Shown in pieces: positions 14,450-27,235 of a DNA stretch of 64,000 nt. The position numbers were made by a program, and so were the translations under genes. The stretch is taken from positions 26,536,001 through 26,600,000 of the forward strand of contig OZ281494.1 in assembly GCA_965637545.1 (NCBI GenBank), written 5' to 3'. Source of the DNA: Phallusia mammillata. Taxonomy: Eukaryota. The stretch's first letter is position 1. Each line of letters begins with the position of its first letter. The notes under the pieces are model-generated. The model saw nothing but the letters and a program-made list of their open reading frames with translations, was not told where the DNA came from and did no database searches.

Positions 14450-15160
14450 ATGCAAAACGCAGTGATTGATTTTTTGCATAAGATTGCTATGATCACTATC
14501 ACATGTGCATAAACGTTATTTCTTCTGTCGTTCAATTTAATATAATTTTGATAAAGTGAACTTAGTTTTTTGCATCATGCAGCTAATTTGATTCTCGGGT
14601 TCAATCAAATGGTTCCATTAACGTTTTCCCCACATTCGCGTTTTACTCGCATTGCACCAAACTCACTCTCACATGAGCTCCCGTCACATTAGGTTGTATA
14701 ATATAGCGTAGCTTTTTTTGAATGCGGTGTAGATGCAACTAATTTAGTTGAACGACCAATTGTGCCATCCACAGTTTTGCGCTCCAAAACGTTGTAAAGT
14801 TGAGCAGCTGCTGTTTCCGTAATTTTTTTAGTGTCATTGTGTCGCTATATGTTGTCTTTCCCAAGCGAAATAAACTCAACCCATTTGTATACCAAATTTC
14901 GCCTACATTTCGCGTTTGATTTTCATTGCTGGTGTTAAAATTTCTCAATTTTAATATAAAGTTCATGAGTACCGTTTATCTCTTCTTGTATGGACAATAT
15001 TTGTAAAAACATGCTTAGTTTTCTCTTTTTAAATAATAATCAAACAAAAAGAAGAAGCAAATTCGTACGGCAAAAGTCTATCACTTATAATCAGTTTGGC
15101 ACTACCGTATTCTGTAGTTGCCTTTTGTTAAGTTATTAAGGAACTAGCGTTTTTTATCAG

Positions 15161-15306
15161 AATCTACACAAATGCGACCAGAACAGAAGGATAAACACAT
15201 GTAGAAAATACTTACAAACCTGTAACTGATTGCATTTTGGGAACTGAGGGGCGATAAAGAAGTTACATGATTTGCATGGCAATCGGAGAATCCTAATTGC
15301 TAATAA
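15161..15306 (+). pseudogene. Decayed orphan copy of the family's last exon
   Basis: After ttttatcag: tgcgaccagaac (CDQN), gaaggata (EG), cctgtaactga-tgcattttgg (PVTE.HFG), ggggcgat (GD), separated by deletions. Confidence 0.6.
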
Positions 15307-16935
15307 AGACAAATCGATTTAATTCTTTGCAAAACGTATGTTGAAATACAGTACAATCCAACTTAATTGCATTTAATATTTTTCATTTTGTGTGTGTTTT
15401 GTGTGATGTAGGAAATAAGCTAAAAGTAAAGAATACGAAACTAATTTTCACCAGAAGGAAATAAAAGCAAACTCGTGGTGAATAGGACAAAAGACAAAAC
15501 AACAAGTTTAAACGCTCCAGTAGGAGCATTAATTCACGTTTCAGACTTTTCTAGAGATTAAAGGTATTTTAGAAAACTTTAAGAAAAGTCAGAAACCAAT
15601 GACCGATAGCACTAACGCATATATTCCAATGGGAAAATTGGTAAGTAACGCTAACAAATGTATTCACAAGAGAATTTGCGCAGAACATGAAACAGGAGAA
15701 CGAATTAAACTAGACTGAGAATAAAAAGGGGTTATCTTACAAATAATAAGTTATGTAATAATTGGCAAATAACTGGCGATGCTTGAAAAGTATAGAAAAA
15801 CAAACCATCAAACTTTATTTCCGGCCGAAAAATCTGACTATTAAGTCCAGCCGAGACGAATTTGGCAACAAGAAATTATTCAGTAAACTCAATAATCAAG
15901 GGACTCCAAGTATTTGCCGAGCGCCCTGAGACCGGAGCGAAGGGAAAATAACAAATATCAAGTGTTTTCGGAAAACTCCTATCCAGGCTGTAAGAATAAA
16001 AGCGGTGGCGAAAAGTGAAGCATTCTTGATTGCAGTTTTAGTCAGCAGTTGGAGACATTGCAGCATTCGAATGCACAAAAAAGTCTATACGTGGGAGGTT
16101 CCTCACGCTCTGAGGTGAAACAGCGAGCCAGGGCCCGATAAGCAAAAAAAAACGCAGAATAAAAAAGGACGAGAATCGATGGGAGGGACTGATGTTGCCA
16201 AAACTTAATAAGAAAAGGGAAGATAAGGGAAGTAGCTACGCGACTGCCAGCGTGTTCCATGCTCATTTCAACAAATGTTAACCTTGACCTTCTCAACATA
16301 AAAAAAGACAGTCGAAACTGGTTGACGAAAAAAACAATGATTGACTTTCCTAATGAGCAGTTTACATAGACGGATAGACAGAGCAGGAACAAAAAGTTCG
16401 GACTAAGACTAGTGGGGTTATCGGGTTCGAAAATTGGAATAACAAGATAATGTGGCGTGTTCCTTAATAATGATGTCTCGGGGGATTAAACTAGCGACTA
16501 TCCAATAAAACTGCTGCATAACATGAAACTTGAATTCACACAAGGTGTTAATATCCCTGTAGAGAGCAAAGCCTTGCTAAACGAAAACAACAATGTGTTT
16601 GTTGGATGTTAAGATTAAATTATCTTTTCTTTATTAAATAAGCGTCTGAAAATCATGAGAGGAACAAATAGTTTTAAAACATCCGCAAGTTATTTCGAGA
16701 AAGTGCTCACTTTTTCGTGCATACATGCTTTATAAATACCACAAACTATTGCGCGCAGTAAATAATAGTACTTAAATTTGCGAGACCGAAAACAAAAAGA
16801 TAAATTCGACAGACATTTTTCTGACGACAACTCGCCTAACTTGTCTACTTTCTCCGTTTTTGCGACGGTTTAAATGGACAGGATATTAAAAAAAAGATTG
16901 CAGATCTAAACAGTTTTCAAATACGAAACAGTAAA

Positions 16936-19900
16936 ATGATCTGTGTGTTGCTAATGCTGGTGTTGATAGCTCAAAGTGTATCCCAGGACTCACTATCCAC
17001 TGGTTGCAAGGGAAGCATAATTAATCAGTATTTTGGAAGTGATCAGCATTCGGTTGGTCTATCAGGTCGTGGAGCCCCTGGACCACCCGGCAAAAGAGGC
17101 CCTGTTGGCCACATTGGGCAAATTGGCCTTAAGGTAAATTAAAATTCAACTTAAGAGTGTGTGAACTTTTTTGATTTGGGAGTAAAATGCGCAGTGAGAA
17201 GTTTTACAAATAAGTGTCTGCAAAACGCAACAATATGAATTTCGCATACACTTTTTCACAAAACTGGCATTTTTTTACAAACGGGGGTGCAGTGCCACTT
17301 AGAGTTGACTCTGCTGTGATTTTGCTTGACTTTGGGTTGTAATCAACAAACTTGAGTATGCAGATCCAACAAACGCAGCAACAACTATGTGATGGCAGGT
17401 GTACCACATTTTGCATAACATTTGGCCTTAACAAGTTGGTTTGAATGATGCAAAACTTTGTGCTTACTATAAGAGACAAGGGCACATAAAGGGATTAGCT
17501 ACTGATCATGCTTACATTTTGAGAAAGCGCTTATAAACGCCGGAATACAGGCATCTCTTAAAATGCTAAACAACCATTCGCACTACAGCAAAGATTAAAC
17601 GATGTTTTATTAAAAACAATAATTTGCTTGGCAGGGTGATACGGGCAGGAAAGGTCAAAAAGGAGATCCAGCTATTTCTTCAACTATTCTGGAATTGAAA
17701 AGAGCCGTGGATCGATTAGAAAACTCAAGTAACGTCTAAATGCACAGTTAATCAAGCTGTTTTGCAGAACATCAGTGTTCTTAAACACTGCCACGTAAAG
17801 TTAACAAACTTGAAAATATGTTTTGTTTAGTTTAAATCAGTTTTGTAGTTGTGTTTTTTTGTGAATTACTAGGCATCATATTCTAAATAATCCCGACCTT
17901 GACACAATTTGAAAAGCTGGTTATATTTAAAACTTTATTTTTTACGAGCAACCAATCGATGTTGTTTTGTTTCACAATAACTTGATCCATTTTCTAGTTA
18001 CCTCCATTGGCCACGACAGCGAACATGAAATTGAAGCAGGTAACTGTGAACCAGCCAGATGTTACAAAAGGGCGATAATATACACCACCGGCATGGAGAA
18101 TATTATTCGCCTTATTGATGCATCACAACACTGCAGACAATACATCAAGGTATTTAGTAAAATAATTTTAGGCCAACCTTTTATGTAAACCCACTTGCAA
18201 TTGTGGCTATAGGTTAATTATGTTTGGTTTAGTACAGGGGCGGGCAACATACGGCCCGCGGGCCGGATCCGGCCCGCGACGGGATTTTGAGCGGCCCGCA
18301 GACACTTTCTGGTCTTACATGAGTACTTGCTTACTACGTCAAATTATAGTTGTAACAGACAGTAACGCTCCCCAATAGCAAAAAACTTTCCCGCCTTTGT
18401 TACCATTGCACCATACATCTATTGTTACGACATAACCGCCAACCTTGTGTGTGGCCTGCTTTCACGGCTTCCTTTGTTTCCACACATGTAGCCTAGTTAG
18501 TGTTTCAGCAATATCTAAGTCTGTGGTGTATGCATTCAATTTGCTGTGGTAAATAATTTTATGTTGTATCAGTTAGATTGTTTGGACTGTATTGTAATTG
18601 TGACGTTCTTGATTGTATTTGGTTTAGGACGTTTAAGTGGTCAAAAATCCGCTTTAAATCACTGGATAAATACGCGATTAATGTACCGACTCGGGTATCC
18701 GGCCCGCCAAGTACTTCATTTTCCCATATCAGGCCCGCCGACTGGAGAAGTTGCCCGCCCCTGGTTTAGTATCATTGGCTACATGCGTTTCGTCCTGTTG
18801 TCCAAATGTGGTTTATGACGGAACATATAAATTAATCTTACATGTTTAACCATAAAACGCTTTGCCTGTATGTAAAAATTACTAGGAAATAGTAGAAAAA
18901 GTGCTTTTTAGGAAAGGAAAGAATCCACTATTTTTTAATAATATAAGCTATTTTGATATCGATACAATTCCACAGAATTAAATATCTTATTAATAAGTTT
19001 TAATTCCTGCACGGTTGAACGATCAATAGTATCGAAATATTGCCTATTTTGATCAAAAATGTTTTATTTTGTTTACAATATGTGCAACTCAATGATGTCG
19101 CGTAAGCAATACCCACAAACTATTGTATCAAACCAACCACTGACAAATCGCTAAAGATAGAAAAAAACATATCCTGAATTTAGCCACATTGTTTTTTGCA
19201 AATATTTTTGTTTATAGTACCGGTGCCGAGGCTCCTTACTATTTAGGCCTGCAGATATTCGTGCAGCTTGGGTGTCTAGAAACGGAACTCTGAAATACAA
19301 CTGGGGTGGAAGTGAAAGAAACTACTATTGTGCTTGTGGAGAAACTGGTGAGTCTGAGACAATCATTTAGGCTCCTTCTTTGTGCCGGTCCGCGAGGAGT
19401 TCGTTATACTTTTTCAGGTTAAACGCTTTGAAACATGTTCCCCATGCATCCTGTGGATGATAAACTAATTTAAGCGTTTTTATTGCTAAATATTTGCAGT
19501 TTTTCGAAGGCCGGTCCGCGATAAAATTTCAGGTTCAAAACCGGTCCGCAGTGTAAAAAAGGTTGCCGACCCCTGTGTTAGGTAACGAAGATTTTAACCA
19601 TTTTTTACTTTCACGCCGGCTTGTTTGCTTGTGATAAACCTGTATGTCGAAATGTTTACATTGCAGTGAATACCACATCTCGGATACAACTATTTGTCTC
19701 CAGAATACTCAGCGAATCATTTTGGATCTGGCCCTATTTAATTTCATAATTGTGGTGATTAAATTTCTATTTTTTTTTAATGTAGGAACATGCATTGACA
19801 ATAGTCACAAATGTAACTGCGACCAGAACTCAAATGATAAAACAACATCGGATGAAGGATATCTGACAAATAAAGATGATCTACCAGTAACCGCAATCCA

Positions 19901-19967
19901 ATTTGGAGACCTTGGGGACAGTGGAGAGTATGGTTGGCACACTTTGGGGAAACTTGAATGTTGGTAA
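16936..19967 (+). CDS. Paralogue E: intact 5-exon form (251 aa)
   Basis: Exons 16936-17133, 17635-17728, 17998-18149, 19218-19347, 19786-19967 (756 nt, open frame). Confidence 0.9.
18235..18763. mobile_element. hAT (Charlie-like) MITE in intron of E
   Basis: TIR CAGGGGCGGGCAAC / GTTGCCCGCCCCTG, subterminal GGCCCGC repeats, perfect TSD gtttagta. Confidence 0.9.
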
Positions 19968-21146
19968 AGACATTTTTCTAGGTGATGGTCAAATGACTGC
20001 CTAAGTTTGTTCTCATCTTGTATATACAGACTTTTTTATCTGGCTTATCGTTTCCATTGAAAAATCGCTTTTTTGTGCGATGCGACATATGACATTTGCA
20101 TTTTACACGACTAAAGTGATTCTAAATGTCCACAGCGTGTTTTTCTCATTTCATCTAAAAATCTCACACGCAGAGACAGCTACAAGGTAAATTGTGGATA
20201 AATGTATTTCCTAAGGTGCCTTGTAAACCGACCTGATGGCCTATAGTTAACCGATTAAGCAATAAAAAACGCTTATATGTTTGTTTTTGTATTTCAGATG
20301 TGTTTTTGTCGTTGTAGCAGTTTTTGGTCGTTGTACTATTACATTGACGCTTATTATTCTCTTCTACTTATTTGGCATAGGAATTCTAACACAGAGCACA
20401 CATTTATTGCTGTTTTTTTTTTTTATAATAAGACACAACACTACTTCTTTTTTTGTCACGCGGGACCTTGGTTAACCAAAAAGACTTCTCTCTAAACCTT
20501 CGTGTCTTGCAGAGAGGATTTTAGACGTTTTGTTGTTGGCAGATTAAAACCTTTGTTTTGCAAGTTCTTATCGACAATTAAGTTTTTTACACACTCTTTT
20601 TCTGCACACTACATCACACCGCTTATTTCGGGAGGAGTTATTATCTTTACTCTATTGCAATTGTTAATGCTCGATGTTACGTTTTAGGTGGTATGTCGGC
20701 ACGATAGTAAAAAAGCATTTTAGAGTTTTAAATTAACAGTAATTTTATTTTACAAATTTTCACGGCAGCAAAAAAACAAACAATTTTGGGCCACAATTAT
20801 GCTACAAAAGTTTTCCAACTACCAGTGACAAAATCAGACGAAAGTTCAATATTCGACTGTGCAAATATTCGTTCAAAAACGTTTGTTTCGTTTCGTATGA
20901 AAAGTTAGTTTTTCGGTTGTCCTTATTTTTGGTTTCATGTCGATGGCAACCCTGTGTATAGGCATAGCGTACAATTATTCACATTTTCATAGATTATCGA
21001 AATAGATATCAATATAACATTACATCCATGAGGCAAATTACTCAGTTCTAAACCCTGTAATTTACTTTGAGTCGGACTTCTATACTGGGGTTGCCATATT
21101 TTATAATACACAATCCCTGACAAAATTCATCTCGGTTGCGTTAACC

Positions 21147-21496
21147 CAGTTTTTCTCAAACTTTTAAGACTAAATGTGTTTTTCAGAAAAACGAAAGTTG
21201 ATTGCAGGATTTTAGCTAGTTATGTAAAATTGCGCATAACAATGATCCAAATCTGACATCACAGACAAGACAAAAACATTACAATTGTGCACAAACAATT
21301 GCATTTTTGTTAGTTGTCATGCAATAAAGCCTATTGTTTAGCAATGGAAACGGTCGATTCTCACTTTCACTTTGATTTAAACTTATTTAGTTGCACAAAC
21401 TGACGCCAAATAAGAATATAGGATTACTTCCACCTTTTCGCGGTCCCAGCAAAATGCCCTAAAGGACCGCGGACCCCCGCAGTTTAGGAACCACTG
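21147..21496. mobile_element. hAT MITE, inverted relative of 10415-10837
   Basis: Ends cagtttttctcaaact / agtttaggaaccactg, perfect TSD cgttaacc, internal sequence is the reverse complement of the 10.4-10.8 kb copy. Confidence 0.85.
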
Positions 21497-23618
21497 CGTT
21501 AACCATTTTTGCGATCCAAACACTTCTATTCCGGAATAAATTTAGAATATTCGGAAGTCACATGGACGGCGACACGAGAAAACGTTAGATACGATACTCT
21601 GATCCTTGTCAAATAACTTTGTGCGTAGGCTTCTGTTTAGTTAAGTTTATTAGGCTAAGCTCACTACTCTTACTATCCTTGAAACAATAAGCACATATAT
21701 CAGGGGTCGCCAACCTGTACCACTCTAAAACCATTCGGATTTCACACAGAAATAACAAAAGACCTTTTTAAATTTAAAATAAAATGCCATTGAAAAAATG
21801 TTTCTATGTCTCATGACATTCGACTTTTCGTTGTTAGTTAGTTTCTCGCATATTAGGTACACACCCAGACGAAAATTATCTACCCTTTACGCTCGGCCGT
21901 TGGACTCTTGGGCACGATTATCTGTTGCATATGTACCAAACGGCCAATGAACGGCAGCCCCAAACTTTTCCCATTCATATAAGTTTAGATTTTCTAACGG
22001 ATTTCCATACCTGGTCCTGACTTGGAATAATCATACACTGCCCTCGTCCGGTTATTAATGGCGGTCTGGTACAATTGATTATGGTATGAAAAGACAAGCA
22101 TGGCCACGTCACAATTTTGTACGGCGCCACAGATGTTGCTTGTGAACACTACATTTTTTATCGTTTCGATTCACGTCACATAAAGACAGAAAGTTTGGCA
22201 ATTAGGAAAAAAGTACTAATCTCTAATGGAATAACATAACATGTAGGCTAGTTATAATTAAATATTTGCTTATAAAATGAATTTTCTGTTATCCTAGAAT
22301 GAATTAAGTATACTTATAAAGTTAGGTGTTGAATTGAATTGATGGTTTGCATAAACGTAAAAAAAGTTTTTGTTTTGTCATTCCATCGACACTTGTTAAG
22401 AGATCGCCTGAATGGTGCTTAACTGTTTATGCAGTTTTAAAGATTTATGTATCAACCGTATGTTTTTTGCCGTAAGTGACGCACCCCGCTGGCAGCTACA
22501 AAAGCCGACCATCGCACAGTTTTGAGACGTCGATCAATCATGCCTTTGAAGTTTTGCTCTCCCTTTTCGCGCCACAGTGCAACTTTCGAACAAAGGCGCG
22601 TTTAAGCTCAAGCAGTGCTATTGGCCAAGTGACGATGAAAAAGGAACTTAGTTTAGTGGTATTACTTGGCTGTGTGGCCACATTGTGTTAATGTGGAAGT
22701 TTGAGTTGTTGAGGCAGCATGCGTTACTTAAGCTTTCCAGTTAAGTCTACTTTTCGGAATACACCTTAGGAATATACTTTATTCTGTCTCATCGAACTGC
22801 AACATGTTACTGGACGTCGACTTATTCATGTATGAAAAGGTAAGCACTTGTTGTCCTATTGATTTCGTTGTATCTTTATTTGTACCGTAAAATTTTCTAC
22901 ATTTGCATGCGAGCCATCATTTGAAATAGCGAAAAGTATTTAAACGGTAAATAGTTTTGAAAAACTACTGCGCATTTTCATGTTTTGTAAAATCGATTAA
23001 ATCTATTTTATTTATTGTTTAGATATCTTTCATGGGCGCACGTCAAAGTTCAGCGGGAAAGTAAAAATGTGAACGATTGAGATTTTCCTAAAACCTTCAT
23101 CAACAACAAGTTGCAACCGCTCGCCGAAATCGAACATTGTGCGTCGACGTTAAATAACGGTATTTCGTATGTTTAACTTTGTTGATTTTCCCTTTTGCGT
23201 TCGTATTTGTGGCAATAAAATTAAGAAAAAAAGCAATGTGTGAGTCATATTCCGTACATCTCCGGAAAGCCGATAGAAAAACTAGCAAGGTGGGTGTTCG
23301 GTGCATGTTAGGCAAAGTGTGGCGTAACAACGCAACAAGCTAGGGATTGTCAGCCATGGACCAGACAAGGGTACAATTGTATGGCCGTTGGTACGGAACG
23401 TACATGGACCAAACATAATCCTGAGGTACGCCCCATGTATGGGGGTGTTTCAATGTCAATAAGGTTGAGACACGGTTGTCATGTCTGACCCAGACTTGGT
23501 TGCACCTGTAAGCCATACGTATTTGGACACGGCCCGGACATAAATTTTTGCTTGGGCAGTTAAAGCAAATGAATTTTTTATTTGTGTATTTAACGCGTGT
23601 TGTCAGACAACTAATAAC

Positions 23619-24125
23619 TAGTGATGTACCGAATCGGCTAAATTTCGATTCGGCCGCAACCGAATATTCGGCGGTTTTGACGAATAAATTCGGCCGAATC
23701 AACCGAATCATTTATGGCGTCACGCGAAGTCGTACGCTACGCGTTTGACATGAAAAAATGTTTATCTACCAGGCAATTAGTGCAGGATAGTTGTGTTTCG
23801 TCCTTGTTTCAGTTCTGTGGGGTTTAAAATTGCCTCAAGCATGATTGGCAAACTGTCAATCAATTAAAAAAAAATAGACCACAGCGGGAAAAACGATAAT
23901 GTGTTAAAAAAAAAATTGACGCGATTTTCGTTAGGTTTTGGCTTTTCAAAGATTGCGTGATACCTTAATAAGCAGAAAAGACACGTTTAGCGCTTTAAAT
24001 TTGTGTTCGTAAAAGATTCGGTTTCGGCCGAATCGCAACAAATTAATCGGCCGAAACCGAATCTTTGCAAAAATGACCGATTCGGCCGAATAAATTCGGC
24101 AAACCGAATATTCGGTACATCTCTG
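23619..24125. mobile_element. hAT (Ac-like) MITE with CCGAAT/ATTCGG subterminal repeats
   Basis: Ends TAGTGATGTACCGAAT / ATTCGGTACATCTCTG, perfect TSD ctaataac. Sister of the copy at 24787-25253. Confidence 0.88.
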
Positions 24126-24786
24126 CTAATAACAAACAGGTATTGTTACGCGTGTATACACACTGCAAAACGAAACAGTAACCTTGTACGTTAACCTGCC
24201 CGCCGCCAGTTTACCTCTTTAAGTTTCATGGTATAGACGCGGTTGTAGCTAACTACTAGAAACTTCGTTGGAACATTAATTTCATGGTATATCTATATTT
24301 ATTTCTTAAATTCCTGACTTTTGAGTACATTTTAACATTTCTCCCTGACGCAGATTTAAACACTAAATTCCCTGACATGTCAGGGAAAATCCTGACGTAT
24401 GGCAACCCTATTCTATACACTAACATTTACGGTTTACCTTAAATACCGCCAAACATTTTCATGCAGTGAATTACAGTAAACGTTTGCTAAAATGCATGGT
24501 AAGTCGACTGTAATTGCCATTCGTGAAAAACCTTTTGTCAGTTCGGTTTTAATATTGCACTGTAAGTTATTTCACAGCGTTTTTTGTAGGTAAAAAGCAA
24601 TGATACTGTTTCTAAGGGCAGCCTAATTTTGCGACTGGTAAAACAAACTAGAAATACACATTCATCTTACAGCTCTGTTAAAAAATTAATCTAAAAAAAA
24701 CAACTGTAAAAATGATTTGCCTGTTGCTAACGCTGGCGTTGATAACCCAAAGTGTATCCCAAGACACTTCATCAACTGGTTGCAAG

Positions 24787-25253
24787 TAGTGATGTACCGA
24801 ATCGGCAAAATTTCGATTCGGCCGAAACCGAATATTCGGCGGTTTTGCCGAATAAATTCGGCCGAATCAACCGAATCATTTATGACGTCACGCGAAGTCG
24901 TACCCTACGCGTTTGACATGAAAAACATAAGTTTATCTACCAGGCAATTAGTGCAGAATGGTTGTGTTTCGTCCTTATTTTAGTTCTGTGGAGTTTAACA
25001 TTGCCTCAAGCATGTTGCCAACCCGACAATGAAATACTATTTTTTGTCTGCACTAGGAAAAGCGTCAATGTGTTAAAAAGTATAAAGATTAACGCGATTT
25101 TCGTTGACAATAAGCAGAAAAGACGCATTTAACGCTTTAAAAGATTCGGTTTCGGCCGAATCACAACAAATTATTCGGCCGAAACCGAATCTTTGCAAAA
25201 GTGGCCGATTCGGCCGAATATATTCGGCAAACCGAATATTCGGTGCATTTCTA
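24787..25253. mobile_element. hAT (Ac-like) MITE inserted in coding exon 1 of F
   Basis: Ends TAGTGATGTACCGAAT / ATTCGGTGCATTTCTA, perfect 8-bp TSD gttgcaag. Removing it with one TSD copy restores TGCKGSTINQYF. Confidence 0.92.
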
Positions 25254-26473
25254 GTTGCAAGGGAAGCACAATTAATCAGTATTTCGAAAGTGATCATTCG
25301 TTGATTCAAGACCAGTTGCGTCCAGTTGGTCCATCAGGTCGTGGAGCGCCTGGGGCACCCGGAAAAAGAGGACCAGTTGGCCAGATGGGTCCAATCGCCC
25401 CTAAGGTAAATTAAAACATACTTTATGAAATACTCAGTAAAGATTTGTTGATTTTTTAGAAAAGATGTTCAGGCATATTTTATTCATACTAACCCCTTTT
25501 CTGATTTGTGCTAAAGAACAACGATTTGTTAACTTTGTTCATTTCATCACCAATAATAGTAAAGAAGATTACGAACAAAAATTGAAAGTAGATTTAAATA
25601 AACTTGTAACGCCTAACTGTGTGCTCGCAGGTGTAATACATTTTTCATAACATATGGCCATAACAATATAGTTGGTTCGATGCAAAGCTTGCTGGAAAAG
25701 CACCTGAGATTTAGATATTAGGTGGTATCTCGTTTAAAATAGAGTACAAAACTATTAATGTTAGCACTAATAAAGTTTTAGCTATAACCATTCGTACTGT
25801 ATTAAACAATATGAGGCATTTTATTAAAAATCAGTAATTTGGTTTGTTTGCTTGGCAGGGTGATACAGGCAGCAATGGTAAAAAGGAGATCCTGCCCCTT
25901 CTTCGACGATTCTGGAATTGAAAAGAGTCTTGGACCGATTAGAAAACTCAAGCATTTACGATGTTTTACACAGAAGCAATGCTCACAAACACTGCCACAC
26001 AAACAATAAACTTAAAGTATAATTTGTTTAGTTTAAGTTAGTTTGGTAACTGTGTTTTGTGATTTTGTTGATTCACGAAACATCATGTTCTAAATTATTC
26101 CGAAAACTTATCCCGACCTCAACCCAACACAAATAAGTTTGATTTACAGCTTTGTTTTTTACGAGCCTTTAATCGTTTGGATGTTGTCTTATTTCACAAA
26201 ACCTTTACCCGTTTTCTAGTTACGTCAATTGGCCACGACAGCGAATATGAAATTGAAGCAGGTAACTGCGATCCACCCAGATGTTACAAAAGAGTAGTAA
26301 CATACACCACCAGCATGAAAAACATTGTGCGTGTTATTAATGCATCAAAACACTGCAGACAATTCATCAAGGTATTTGTAACATAATATGTATGCTTACC
26401 ATTTTGCAAATCCACGTACAATTTGTGGCTGGTTTAAGCTTGAGTAAAGTTTTGCTTTGTTTTATGTTGTAAG

Positions 26474-27235
26474 CAGGGTTGGGTAACGAGTCCTATCAGT
26501 CGAGTCTCAAGTCAAGTCAAGTCTGTAGGGGTTCGAGTCCCAAGTCAAGTCACAAGAGGTTCGAGTCTCAAGTCGAGCCGAGTCAAATGGGGTTCGAGTC
26601 TCAAGTCGAGTCAAGTCATTAGCGGTTCGAGTCAAGGCAAGTCTCAAAACGTGTTGCAAGGAAAGGTGAAAAGTTTAGATAGTTAATCTATTCTAATGGT
26701 TCATCGCGCCTTTTTTGCCTTAAAAACGGACACCGCTTCATTACAGTGAACATATCCCATCAACGTCCCTTTCTTAGAGTAGGGTCAACTTTAATGAAAC
26801 ACGTTAATTGACACTCATTAAACAGCGTGGAAAAAACGTCAATCTGTTCAAAGGAGTTTTTAAAAACCAAAAATTAATATTTTATTGCATGCGCTAGAGC
26901 GTTTGTTCAGTAATATAAGCGCCTAAAAACGAATACTTGGCCTTGAACGCTTAATGCCAGCTCAAAAAAGTTTGTGTATGTAGCAGCGACTTCGTTACGT
27001 AAAATTAAGCAAAAATAACTTTGCATAGCACAGTAAATTGCTGCTGTTGTTTGGTTGAAGCCAACTGAACAGGTTATTAGTTACGAAAAATTTCCGTTTT
27101 GTTGGTGAAATAACGAGTCCGAGTCCGAGTCGAGTCCCTACTAAGACGAGTCCAAGTCAAGTCGAGTCTTTTCATAGCTGGGACTCGAGTCAAGTCAAGT
27201 CTTTTAAAAAGGTGACTCGAGTCTCCCCATCACTG
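26474..27235. mobile_element. hAT (Ac-like) non-autonomous element with CGAGTC/CAAGT subterminal arrays
   Basis: Ends CAGGGTTGGG / CCCATCACTG, perfect TSD gttgtaag, dense cgagtc-caagt repeats at both ends. Confidence 0.88.

Noticed and set aside
23340-25309. ORF-track ORFs rich in R/P/N/F/G (e.g. 23340-23711, 24003-24194, 25073-25309)
   Set aside because: They are translations of the CCGAAT/ATTCGG MITE repeats, not genes.
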